Program-made: the position numbers and the translations under genes
Shown here: piece after piece, positions 9,092-17,842 of the stretch
Layout of the letters: every line of letters begins with the position of its first letter
Numbering within the stretch: position 1 is the stretch's first letter
The notes under the pieces: model-generated
What the model was told of the DNA's origin: nothing
What the model saw: the letters and a program-made list of their open reading frames with translations, nothing else
Databases searched by the model: none
Assembly: GCA_040752635.1 (NCBI GenBank)
Contig: JBFMGS010000008.1
Coordinates: forward strand, 4,700-53,854
Reading direction: 5' to 3'
DNA: 49,155 bases
DNA from: Bacillota bacterium
GTDB lineage: Bacteria; Bacillota; SHA-98; UBA4971

Positions 9092-9481
9092 CTTCCTTCA
9101 GTCTCCTCCCATTTCTCTTTTCCTCTCAGGTGCTTACCCGGCTACTCCCCTCTGATTCGCCATGCACGGTTTGCAGTCCTTCCTGTATGCGCGTGTTCCA
9201 GTTACCGGCCGACCGTAGCGTTGCCATGGTTTTCTCCGCTGGCTCGGTTTATCGATTTACCTGGCGCTTGTCTCCCCATGCCGGGTGTTTGCATACACTT
9301 CCATAAGCTTAACACACGACGATTGCCTGGTCACTCCGTTTCCTTCAGGTAGACACCAGCAGCTTAATTTGGTATTTATTAAATAATTTCTAAAATACTA
9401 TGCTATCTGTATAAAGTTATGAGCTATGCAGGTTTGCAAGCACAATGGAACCTCCTGTACAACCCTGCCACACATTCGCTA

Positions 9482-9510
9482 ACATACAGTCTAGCCTCAA
9501 GGTTACACTA
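9482..9510 (+). promoter_or_regulatory. Forespore (sigmaG/F-like) promoter of SASP-3
   Basis: ACATA-N17-TACACTA, matching the SASP-1 element. Confidence 0.6.
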
Positions 9511-9536
9511 GCAGCAGAAACGGAAAGTGAGGTGAA

Positions 9537-9911
9537 GTGAAGATGGCACGCGGACAAAAGAGGAACCGCGCTCTCGTGGTAGAAGCGGGCAATGCTCTTG
9601 ACCGCTGGAAGTATGAGATCGCTAACGAGATTAACTTCCCCACGAACATGATCGTGGGTGGTTACTGGGGCAACATCCCGTCCGCCCAGTGCGGCGCTGT
9701 TGGCGGTCACATGGTGAAGAGGATGATCGAGGCGGCTGAGAGATCGCTCGTCGAGCAGACCGCGGTCAACGTGAGAGCTGGCTTCAGGGCAGGGCTCGGC
9801 ACCAACCTAGGTGCTGGCGCCACTGGCGGCGCATACAACTTGCCCGGCACCCTTCCGGCTCAGAACGTAGGGCAGCAGGCATCCGGGTTTGCAGCCACTA
9901 ACCTTCAGTAG
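9537..9911 (+). CDS. alpha/beta-type SASP, extended (124 aa)
   Basis: ALDRWKYEIANEI and CGAVGGHMVKRMIEAAE motifs; GAGGTGA RBS. The start may be ATG 9543. Confidence 0.9.
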   Translation: MKMARGQKRNRALVVEAGNALDRWKYEIANEINFPTNMIVGGYWGNIPSAQCGAVGGHMVKRMIEAAERSLVEQTAVNVRAGFRAGLGTNLGAGATGGAYNLPGTLPAQNVGQQASGFAATNLQ

Positions 9912-9969
9912 CGACATCCAGCAATAGCTGCCCATGTTCCTGGACAAGGTTCATGGCCGCTTACAACAA

Positions 9970-10012
9970 AGAAGCAGGGAGGAGCGCCTTCGACCCTGCT
10001 TCTAATGTTTTT
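9970..10012. terminator. Probable bidirectional terminator between SASP-3 and the BMC operon
   Basis: AGAAGCAGGG (9970-9979) / CCCTGCTTCT (9994-10003) stem, with AATGTTTTT after and an A-run before. Confidence 0.65.
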
Positions 10013-10288
10013 AAAAGGCTCTGAGTCGGTCGTTAGAAGTCGTAAAGATTAGCGCCGTTCTTTAGAAGTTCGCGGGAAGTCGGCGCCGTTCTTCGCCACA
10101 TGGATCTGTCGGGCGTTGCCGGCACTGCATTTGAAATACGGCACACTTCCAGGACGCGCCGCCCTTGCGGACGGGACACACCACCTTTGCGGGGTGATCC
10201 GTCAGAACCGTGCAAGCCCCGGTATCGTCTCCCGGAGTGGCACCGTCTGCCAGAGCAGCGAACGTTTCTTACATCAACCAAGCACGCC

Positions 10289-11980
10289 CTACTGCCCTTT
10301 AACTATCGCCACGCTGGCGCTGGCGCCGATCCTGGAGGCCCCCGCCTCGATCATTTTGCGGGCGGATTCCAGGTCTCTGATACCTCCGGAGGCCTTCACA
10401 CCCATGTCGGCGCCGACTACTTTTCGCATTAACCTCACATCGTCAACAGTAGCCCCGCCCGGGCCGAAGCCTGTCGAGGTCTTAACGAAGTCAGCACCGG
10501 CAATTTTTGCCAGCAAACATGCCTTCACTTTTTCCTCATCTGTCAAAAGTGCAGTCTCGAGAATTACCTTTACAAGAGCCCTGCCGCGCGCCGCTTCCAC
10601 TACAGCTTCGATGTCCCGCTTAACAAGGTCGTAGTCGCCCGACTTGAGCGCACCGACGTTGATAACCATGTCTACTTCATCAGCCCCGTTGGCTATGGCG
10701 TCCCGGGTTTCTATGGCCTTGGCGGTTGGCGTCGTGGCTCCCAGCGGGAAACCTATCACCGTGCAGACCTTGACCGGCGTGCCTTTGAGAAGGCTGGAAG
10801 CCAGACTCACATGCGTGGGGTTAACACACACTGACGCGAAGCCGTATTGTTTTGCCTCCTCACACAGCTTAACGACTTGGTCCTTCGTAGCATCTGGCTT
10901 GAGAAGCGTGTGATCTATCATGGCCCCCACGTCGCGAGCGACAGCGCCCACGCCGGGCGCAGCGCCGATCCTGGAAGCGCCCGCCTCGACTATCTTGCTT
11001 GTCCCAACGGGGTTCTCCTGGATACACTTTCCGCACCCGGAACACTCACCGAACAATCTCGAACACGCGGAATCGACAGCGTCGGCTCCAGTCCCAGCCG
11101 CGCCGGGACCAAGGGCATCTTGGCCGGCTCTTGCGTTCGTAGCAGGGCTCTGTACCTCGGCCGGTCTCTCCGACACGCCTCTCGGCGCGAACCCCATCAC
11201 GCGGAGGCCACGCTCGATCTCGTGCGCGAGGCTCTCTGCCTCAACCAGGATTATGCCGTATTCACGTAGTTTCTTGAGGTATTCGTCCGCCTGCCTGCGC
11301 AACGAGAAGGCGTGACGCCGTTGCTGGGTCGGTCCCCCGGTAGCTGGAGCGTGTTGCGGGCCGGAAGCCCCAACGAGGCCGGTAGAGTCCGGCAGCACGA
11401 AGTCGGTGGCGGCATACACTCTCTTCCCCTCCAGGACCGCCCCTAAGATCGCCTTCGTAACCGCGTCGTCCCCGGTGAGCAACGCAACTCTGGCCGCGAC
11501 GTGCAAGGGGAGCACCGGGACCACCACTATGTCAGCACATGAAACTGCAATGGCGGCATCGTCATCGCCCAAGAGCGAAACCTGGCCCAGTGCCTCAGTG
11601 ACGGCATTCTCGCCGCCTGTAGCCCTCGCTTCCTTCGAGAGCAGGCACGCAACGGACACGCCCGGACTGCGGAGTTCGCTCGCCTGTCCCAGCGCACTCA
11701 GAAGCGCTGCTCCCCCTTCTGCCACTACCACCAGCACGCGCCCCGCGCACGTTGAGGCAGGCGCCGCGGAAGCAAGCGACACGGAGGCAGACGACACTCT
11801 TGCAACCTTCTCGTCCATCTTGCCTGCGGGTTTGCTCGAAGGCGTGTCTCCAGGGCCGGCGACCCCGAGTCGAGGCGCCGTTTGACCCCCAGGTATTGCG
11901 CCGCGACTCTTCATGTCGGCTATGACTCCGTCGGTGATTCTCTCTATCAATTCGTCAATGTTCATAGGACGCCGCCGCAT
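10289..11980 (-). CDS. deoC: Fusion: encapsulation peptide + flavoprotein-like domain + Cys4 module + deoxyribose-phosphate aldolase
   Basis: The C-terminal ~220 aa are DeoC ([38 protein letters not shown]). The middle resembles BMC-associated flavoproteins (ADIVVVPVL...[12 protein letters not shown]...[10 protein letters not shown]). Start at ATG 11980 or 11965 (AGGTGG RBS) rather than 12085. Confidence 0.85.
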   Translation of the reverse strand: MRRRPMNIDELIERITDGVIADMKSRGAIPGGQTAPRLGVAGPGDTPSSKPAGKMDEKVARVSSASVSLASAAPASTCAGRVLVVVAEGGAALLSALGQASELRSPGVSVACLLSKEARATGGENAVTEALGQVSLLGDDDAAIAVSCADIVVVPVLPLHVAARVALLTGDDAVTKAILGAVLEGKRVYAATDFVLPDSTGLVGASGPQHAPATGGPTQQRRHAFSLRRQADEYLKKLREYGIILVEAESLAHEIERGLRVMGFAPRGVSERPAEVQSPATNARAGQDALGPGAAGTGADAVDSACSRLFGECSGCGKCIQENPVGTSKIVEAGASRIGAAPGVGAVARDVGAMIDHTLLKPDATKDQVVKLCEEAKQYGFASVCVNPTHVSLASSLLKGTPVKVCTVIGFPLGATTPTAKAIETRDAIANGADEVDMVINVGALKSGDYDLVKRDIEAVVEAARGRALVKVILETALLTDEEKVKACLLAKIAGADFVKTSTGFGPGGATVDDVRLMRKVVGADMGVKASGGIRDLESARKMIEAGASRIGASASVAIVKGQ

Positions 11981-12020
11981 CCCGTCCCGTCCACCTGACT
12001 CGAGAACGAGGAGATGAGGC

Positions 12021-12308
12021 CTACCTCCTTTCACCTTGCCGGCTTGCGTGGATGGCATCGACGACCCCGACGATGGCGGAATCAACAGGCGCCTCGTTGT
12101 TGCCCATGGCCTGCCTTGCAGAGTTGCCCTCGCTCACTACGAGGACGATATCCCCCGGGCCGGCATCCTGAGAGTCGATTGCCAGGATCTCCTGGCCGTA
12201 ATCATTACCGTCGAGGTCCAAAGGCTGGACCAGCAGCATCTTGGACCCGACAAAACTCTTATTCTTCTGGGTCGCGACGACCGACCCAACCACCCTGCCG
12301 ATTACCAC
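12021..12308 (-). CDS. BMC-P shell vertex protein (EutN/CcmL) #1
   Basis: [13 protein letters not shown]...[15 protein letters not shown]...GNSAR...[11 protein letters not shown]. Start GTG 12308 (ORF track over-extends to 12419). Confidence 0.92.
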   Translation of the reverse strand: MVIGRVVGSVVATQKNKSFVGSKMLLVQPLDLDGNDYGQEILAIDSQDAGPGDIVLVVSEGNSARQAMGNNEAPVDSAIVGVVDAIHASRQGERR

Positions 12309-12363
12309 AGCCCCACCCCGATCACAAAGCGCATAAGGCGACAGTCTGTTTCCCGTGCATAGT

Positions 12364-12678
12364 CTATTTCCCGTGCACCGCAGCAGGACCCGCCCTATCG
12401 GATGGCTCCACGTGCACATGGTCCACTATTCCAACAATGGCTACATCGACGGGGGCCCCTGCCCTCGGGAGAGGAAAGGATGCTTCCCGGCCTTTCACAG
12501 CGTGTACAATCTCCCCCGCCCCCGCCCCGACGGTGTCAACCGCGATGAGCGGCTTGCCGCAAGGGGTGCCGTCGCGCTTCAGCGGCTCAACCACAAGTAG
12601 CTTCACGCCTTCGAGTTTTTCGTCTTTTCGCGTAGCGACTATTTTGCCCACTACCCTCGCGATAAACAGGGCGCTCAC
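12364..12678 (-). CDS. BMC-P (EutN/CcmL) #2
   Basis: FIARVVGKIVATRKDEKLEG...AVDTVGAGAGE...PVDVAIVGIVD. Confidence 0.92.
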   Translation of the reverse strand: MSALFIARVVGKIVATRKDEKLEGVKLLVVEPLKRDGTPCGKPLIAVDTVGAGAGEIVHAVKGREASFPLPRAGAPVDVAIVGIVDHVHVEPSDRAGPAAVHGK

Positions 12679-12724
12679 CCTCCGATGTCAAGCAAAAGCT
12701 CGCTCGCCACAGTCAAGGAGACGC

Positions 12725-13183
12725 TCACTCGCCTCTTGAGAGGAACCTTCTCTCGATCTCCATTATCTTGTTCACGCGGCGCAGGTGCCTTCCCCCGGCG
12801 AATTCCGTGGCAAGCCACACCTTCACGATCTCCCTGGCCACACCCTTGCCTACCACCCTGTCGCCCAGCGCCAGGACGTTTGCGTCGTTGTGCTCGCGGC
12901 TGTTCCTGGCCGTATATATGTCCTGGCAGGCGGCGCATCTCACCCCGGGCACCTTGTTTGCTGCCATAGCCGACCCGACCCCCGCGCCGTCCACAATGAT
13001 GCCGCGGTCGAAAAGGCCCCTCGCGACAGCTTCGGCCACAAGAAAGGCAAAGTCAGGATAGTCCACCGGGTCCCTGCTGTGCGTGCCGTAATCCACGCAC
13101 TCATAGCCGAGCTCTCCGAGGTAAGCCTTGATATCTTCCTTCAGTTCAAACCCACCATGGTCGCTGCCGATCACTACTTTCAT
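12725..13183 (-). CDS. rpiB: Ribose-5-phosphate isomerase B family protein
   Basis: GSDHGG, DYPD, AANKVPGVR, SREHNDANVLALG and GGRHLRRV motifs. Confidence 0.92.
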   Translation of the reverse strand: MKVVIGSDHGGFELKEDIKAYLGELGYECVDYGTHSRDPVDYPDFAFLVAEAVARGLFDRGIIVDGAGVGSAMAANKVPGVRCAACQDIYTARNSREHNDANVLALGDRVVGKGVAREIVKVWLATEFAGGRHLRRVNKIMEIERRFLSRGE

Positions 13184-14559
13184 CGTCTGCCCCTCCCGGC
13201 AACGATCGTGATTGCCTCACCAACCTGGGAAACGACACCGGAAATACTCGCATGAACCCTCGCCCCGATTCTACCTTCCGGGATGTCGGCAACAAGGTCG
13301 CCCTCCATCACCTCGTCACCCGGGCGAACGCACGGCACGGCCGGGGCGCCAACGTGCTGGAGCAGCGGGATGTCCACTCTATCAGGGATGAAGAGTTCTA
13401 TTCCAGGAGCATGATGCCCTACGTAGGGAGCAATTCCTGCGCGCATTGTCAGCCTCGATGAAGGTACACGCCTTGACCCCCTCATGGGGTGCGCCAGAAT
13501 ATCGCTGTTATGGTAGGGGTTCTTGACATCTTTTCCCGCCATCGACTGCTTGAGAGCCTGGTTCACTCGAACTGGTGCGAGTCCTGCAGGACAGCCGACG
13601 ATTGCACAAACGCCGCACTCTGAGCAAAGCCAGGCGCTGGTGATTACTTCGGGCGGGGCTCCCGGGCCCATGCTCATTGCACGCATGATGAGATGCGGAG
13701 ATATTCTATGGCCCAAGAGGTGCCGGGGGCATGTTTCGGTGCAGCTCATGCACTGGCAACACGCGGCTCTCGCCCGCTTCAAGATGACTTTGACTTCATC
13801 CTCGCGCATCCTGACGAGCAGGTGGTCGGCAGGCAGCACGATGATCCCGGCGGTGAGCTTCGTTATGACGCCTGATGCGTTCGGCGCCAGCTTGCCCATG
13901 GCCGGCCCGCCCATGATGATTCTGTATCGTTCCACCACAGGCCCGCCTGCAATCTCGATGGCAGCCGCAACCGAAGTGCCTATCGGAAACCGCGCGGTCA
14001 GAGGCCTTGCCACTGCCCCGGCCACTGTGACCAATCGAGAGGTCACCGGGCGCCCTTCCACGGCATTTGCGACGTTTGCCAGGGTGGCCACGTTGCTGAC
14101 GACCACTCCTGCTTCTAGCGGCAAACCCCCTTCAGGTACGTACCTCCCGGTCACCTCGTGCACAAGTACGTGCTCATCCCCTATAGGATAAACGTCATCA
14201 AGCTCGAAGACATCGATGCCGTTCTCGCGCGAGACCGTTTCCCTTATGGCCTGTAGCACCTTGTCGTGCTTTCTTTTGATGGCAACGAAGCCGTGCCGCG
14301 CCCCTGTGGCTTTCATGGCGGCTCGGAGGCCTGCAACGACTTTTGCAGGCTCGAGAAGCATTACTGCCTGGTCGGCGGTTAGCAGGGGTTCGCACTCGGC
14401 GCCGTTTGCGATAACAGTATCCACAGCCGTCGAGAGTTTGACATGCGTCGGAAACCCCGCCCCGCCAGAACCCACGACGCCCGCGTTTCGGATGGCCGCA
14501 ATTATGTCCGCTGGTGCCATCGCCGGCATCTTTACACCACCCAGGAAGCTCGCGCTCAA
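13180..14559 (-). CDS. PduS-like (RnfC/NuoF-related) flavin/Fe-S oxidoreductase
   Basis: GAGFPTHVKL, NGAECEPLL, an SLBB region, and two ferredoxin motifs (CCQCMSCTETCP, CSECGVCAIVGCP). Confidence 0.88.
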   Translation of the reverse strand: MSASFLGGVKMPAMAPADIIAAIRNAGVVGSGGAGFPTHVKLSTAVDTVIANGAECEPLLTADQAVMLLEPAKVVAGLRAAMKATGARHGFVAIKRKHDKVLQAIRETVSRENGIDVFELDDVYPIGDEHVLVHEVTGRYVPEGGLPLEAGVVVSNVATLANVANAVEGRPVTSRLVTVAGAVARPLTARFPIGTSVAAAIEIAGGPVVERYRIIMGGPAMGKLAPNASGVITKLTAGIIVLPADHLLVRMREDEVKVILKRARAACCQCMSCTETCPRHLLGHRISPHLIMRAMSMGPGAPPEVITSAWLCSECGVCAIVGCPAGLAPVRVNQALKQSMAGKDVKNPYHNSDILAHPMRGSRRVPSSRLTMRAGIAPYVGHHAPGIELFIPDRVDIPLLQHVGAPAVPCVRPGDEVMEGDLVADIPEGRIGARVHASISGVVSQVGEAITIVAGRGRR

Positions 14560-14563
14560 TGCC

Positions 14564-14857
14564 TCAACCTTTCCGGTAGACTACTCTGCCTTCCATCTCG
14601 ATGGAGTCCACGATCCCCATAATGACCGCATCTACAGGCGTGTTTTGCGTCTTGGACGTCTGGCGCGCGGAGCTTCCGCTCACCACGAGCACTATCTCCC
14701 CTTCGCCCGCGCCCACTGTATCGATGGCTACGAGGGGCTTCCCATCGGGGGACTGGTCCACTAGAGAGATCGGCTGCACGACCTGGAGCTTTGAGCCCAC
14801 CAGCTTGTCATCCTTTCTGGTGCATACCACCGTGCCCACGACCTTGCAGGCAATCAA
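14564..14857 (-). CDS. BMC-P (EutN/CcmL) #3
   Basis: IACKVVGTVVCTRKD...AIDTVGAGEGE...GSSAR...PVDAVIMGIVD; TTG start with GGAGG RBS. Confidence 0.92.
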   Translation of the reverse strand: MIACKVVGTVVCTRKDDKLVGSKLQVVQPISLVDQSPDGKPLVAIDTVGAGEGEIVLVVSGSSARQTSKTQNTPVDAVIMGIVDSIEMEGRVVYRKG

Positions 14858-15182
14858 TGGGATCCCCCTCCTCCCTGAACGATACTGACCGGTAACGCCC
14901 TCCCCTCCCTGAGGTGAGCGGCATCATCACTTGCAACGATAATCTGTTCCTAAAGGTTGAACCGGTTCTTCAGGACACGAACCCTGACACCTTTACGCAT
15001 CGACACAGGATCCTCCCCGAAGCGCGGCAGCGGCACGGCTGGAGCCATGAGTTCCGCGGCCGCGCCGACCTTTCGTCGCCGACTTCTCGCCGGCGCCCTG
15101 GCACCAGGAGCGTCAGCTTTTTCCAACACTTAGCACCCTGCTCTTTCCGAGAAGACATTCGGGGAGGTCGCCCCTCGCGGTA

Positions 15183-15485
15183 TTACCCTTTCTCCTTCTT
15201 CATTTCTGGCAGGGTGATAGGCAGCTTGCCCTCGAGGTCGAAATGCGGCCTCGGGATCACATGCACCGATACGACTTCGCCGATCTTCGCGGCCGCCGCG
15301 GCCCCGGCGTCGCACGCAGACTTGCACGCCGCCACCTCGCCTCTCACCAGGACGGTGACGTAGCCGCCGCCGATCTTCTCCCAGCCCACGAGCCTCACGT
15401 TTGCTGCCTTGACCATAGCGTCCGCAGCCTCTATCATCGCAACGAGTCCCTTGGTCTCAATCATTCCCAGCGCTTCCATGGCCAT
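15183..15485 (-). CDS. BMC-H shell hexamer (PduA/EutM-like)
   Basis: [26 protein letters not shown]...RGEVAACK...HVIPRPH. Confidence 0.95.
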   Translation of the reverse strand: MAMEALGMIETKGLVAMIEAADAMVKAANVRLVGWEKIGGGYVTVLVRGEVAACKSACDAGAAAAAKIGEVVSVHVIPRPHFDLEGKLPITLPEMKKEKG

Positions 15486-15910
15486 TTGGGTTCACCCCCT
15501 TTCGCTACCGCAACTGCGTAACCTAAACGGACTAATACCGTGGCTATCACACTAACCAGGACGTCGCGGTCCGGGTCCGGCCCGAGCCTTGCGACGGCGG
15601 CGCGCGCTATTCTCGCCATAAGCTCATCCAGCGGAATCCCCGTCTGAAGGCGCTCTCGGCAGGGCAAAGCGCCCTCCGTGCGAACTCCGGAATGCACAGT
15701 GGCCCGGCCCGGTGCCGCGGTCGCCGCGCCGTGGGTCGCCACGACCGACCCGGCGTTGTCCCGACCCTGCTTGTTTATCTCCACGAGGTCTATCCCGTGT
15801 TCCGCAGCGTAATCTCTGGCAGCGGGCGTCACGATCGCACCGCGCGGCACCACAATCTCACACCCTGCCGGAAAGTTCCTCAGTTCCGCCTCGGTGATAA
15901 CCGCTCGCAC
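15461..15910 (-). CDS. BMC-associated hypothetical protein with C-terminal encapsulation-like helices
   Basis: N-terminal VITEAELR...[24 protein letters not shown], a low-complexity linker, then [16 protein letters not shown] and [15 protein letters not shown]. Start GTG 15910 with GGAGGT RBS. Confidence 0.7.
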   Translation of the reverse strand: MRAVITEAELRNFPAGCEIVVPRGAIVTPAARDYAAEHGIDLVEINKQGRDNAGSVVATHGAATAAPGRATVHSGVRTEGALPCRERLQTGIPLDELMARIARAAVARLGPDPDRDVLVSVIATVLVRLGYAVAVAKGGEPKWPWKRWE

Positions 15911-15982
15911 CGGAATACCTCCCGCCTCCTGCATGGCAAACCGTGGAGGATCGCCTTCACCGCCGCACCCGCATGACGGTGC

Positions 15983-16531
15983 TCACAGTAACATCCCAAC
16001 AAGCTCCTTTGCGGGCGAAGGAATCACCACGCGCCCGACGAGCAGGCCTTTCGCACCGGCGTCAGCGCTTCCCGCAGCGATGGCCGCCTGCACCGCACCC
16101 ACCTCTCCGGTGAGAGTCACAAAGCACTTGCCGCCCAGCCCGATGGCAAGGCGCAGTTCGATGGCGTCAACCGCCGCAGCCTTCAGGGCGGCGTCCGCGG
16201 CCACGATCGCTGACGCTACCGTGAAGGTCTCGATGACGCCAAGCGCCTTGACCTCTTTTACGTCGGACGTAGCTGTTATCGCCGGAAACACCCCCGGGTG
16301 CACGTTGGGTAGGATAAACTCGTCCACGACAGCGTCCGCCGCTACCGCCAGGCCTGCAGCAACCGAACTCTTCACGGCGCCTACATCCCCTGATACCAGG
16401 GTCGTATACTTCCCGGGGCAGGTGGGGCGCGCAAGAAGAAGCTCAACGTCAGCAGCCTTGACCATGGCGTCGGTTGCTTCTATTCCCCTCGTTATATTAG
16501 CGAACTCCACGAGACCTATCGCTATACCCAC
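15983..16531 (-). CDS. BMC-T single-layer trimer, PduT-like
   Basis: Two BMC domains; RPTCPGKY carries the pore Cys that binds an Fe-S cluster in PduT. Confidence 0.9.
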   Translation of the reverse strand: MGIAIGLVEFANITRGIEATDAMVKAADVELLLARPTCPGKYTTLVSGDVGAVKSSVAAGLAVAADAVVDEFILPNVHPGVFPAITATSDVKEVKALGVIETFTVASAIVAADAALKAAAVDAIELRLAIGLGGKCFVTLTGEVGAVQAAIAAGSADAGAKGLLVGRVVIPSPAKELVGMLL

Positions 16532-16753
16532 GAGGACTGTCCCCCTCGCACCAGTCTAGAACCGCAAGTCCCGAACTCGTATCTGGTCTCAGAGCCGGGC
16601 ACCGTCGTCCTGGCCGTTGAACACGAGGATGATTGCCCCTTGCGCCATTTCTTACCCGCCGCACCCGGAAAGCACACCGCCAGGCCCGGCCTGCATGTAC
16701 GCAGGCTTCAAAACCCACCGTGCCCCGTGCCGCTAGCTGCTACGAGCAGTCGC

Positions 16754-17560
16754 TCATCTACGGGTCCCGGTGCTCCCGACGACCTCCACCAGATCGCCGT
16801 TTCTCAGGAGCGCCGCGTTGGCTTCATCCGTATCCACGTGCATCTCAAGACGAAAGCTCTTGTCCACCCTCACAAGGACTCGCCCGAACACGAGTCCCCG
16901 ATCCCCCGGGACCTCCACCTCGACGCGGTCCTTATCCCGCAGCCCCCATCGGCTGGCTTCCTCAGGCGTCATGTGGATGTGGCGGACCGCAATGATCGCA
17001 CCCTCTTTCAGGCTGACCAGCCCGCGGGGCCCCACGATTGCTATGGGCGCGGACCCGTCGAGGTCCCCGGAATCCCGTACAGGGGGCGAAATGCCGAGCG
17101 TGTACGCATCGGTCCGGCTCACTTCGACCTGCGTCCGGGCGCGTAGGGGCCCGAGCACCCTCACCGAGGGTATGCTCCCCTTGGGGCCTACAAGGGACAC
17201 GACCTCGTTTGCCACAAACTGCCCGGGTTGTGACAGATCGCGCAGCCTGGACAGGCCCATGCGTGCGGCCTCCGCCCCGAACAGCGCGGCGAAATCCTTC
17301 TCGCAGAGGTGCACGTGGCGATTAGAGACCCCGACAGGTATCACGAGCCTCCCCGCCTGGTCCTTGCTGGCGCCTCGTCCGTCGCCCGCGCCTCGCCCAT
17401 CTCGCCCAGCAGCCGCGCTTCCATCAGGCGACAGCGCCGCCGGGCCGGGCGGATCAGGGATCATGACGCCATGTGGATCAGGAACCACGAGGCCGTTTGC
17501 TTCCAGGTCCCTTATGCATCTAGCAATTAGCTCATCGAGCGATCCAGTGCCCATACTCAC
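16754..17560 (-). CDS. pduL: PduL-type phosphotransacylase with N-terminal encapsulation peptide
   Basis: VGVSNRHVHL, VRVLGP...QVEVSRTD, RHIHM and EMHVDTDEANAA motifs; N-terminal SLDELIARCIRDLEA. Confidence 0.93.
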   Translation of the reverse strand: MSMGTGSLDELIARCIRDLEANGLVVPDPHGVMIPDPPGPAALSPDGSAAAGRDGRGAGDGRGASKDQAGRLVIPVGVSNRHVHLCEKDFAALFGAEAARMGLSRLRDLSQPGQFVANEVVSLVGPKGSIPSVRVLGPLRARTQVEVSRTDAYTLGISPPVRDSGDLDGSAPIAIVGPRGLVSLKEGAIIAVRHIHMTPEEASRWGLRDKDRVEVEVPGDRGLVFGRVLVRVDKSFRLEMHVDTDEANAALLRNGDLVEVVGSTGTRR

Positions 17561-17563
17561 CTG

Positions 17564-17842
17564 CTACGGCTTCGGCAGAATTCTGTCAACGTCCGTATGT
17601 GGCCTGGGGATCACATGCACGCTTACAAGCTCGCCAACTCTCGCAGCAGCAGCGGCGCCTGCATCAGTCGCGGCTTTCACCGCTCCGACATCGCCTCGGA
17701 CCATGACGGTCACATAACCGCCACCTATGTACTCCTTACCGATGAGCACCACGTTCGCTGCCTTGACCATCGCATCTGCGGCCTCGATAGCTCCCACAAG
17801 GCCTTTCGTCTCGACCATTCCCAGTGCGTCCTGAACCATCAA
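17564..17842 (-). CDS. BMC-H shell hexamer (EutM/PduA-like)
   Basis: [26 protein letters not shown]...[14 protein letters not shown]...HVIPRPH. Likely start is ATG 17839. Confidence 0.95.
   Translation of the reverse strand: MMVQDALGMVETKGLVGAIEAADAMVKAANVVLIGKEYIGGGYVTVMVRGDVGAVKAATDAGAAAAARVGELVSVHVIPRPHTDVDRILPKP

Noticed and set aside
9141-9152. yybP-ykoY riboswitch call
   Set aside because: Only the GGGGAGTAGC segment is present and the downstream conserved elements are missing; kept only as a low-interest leader finding.
10033-10093. Degenerate ~30-bp tandem duplication (TTAGAAGT...GCGCCGTTCTT)
   Set aside because: Two imperfect copies with no spacer structure; most simply a slippage scar.
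16589-16648. 19-codon mini-ORF MAQGAIILVFNGQDDGARL between pduL and pduT-like genes
   Set aside because: No Shine-Dalgarno sequence and too short to assess.
16770-17717. 315-aa plus-strand ORF and many similar long S/P/R/A-rich ORFs across the window
   Set aside because: Antisense shadows of well-supported genes, expected from high-GC codon usage.
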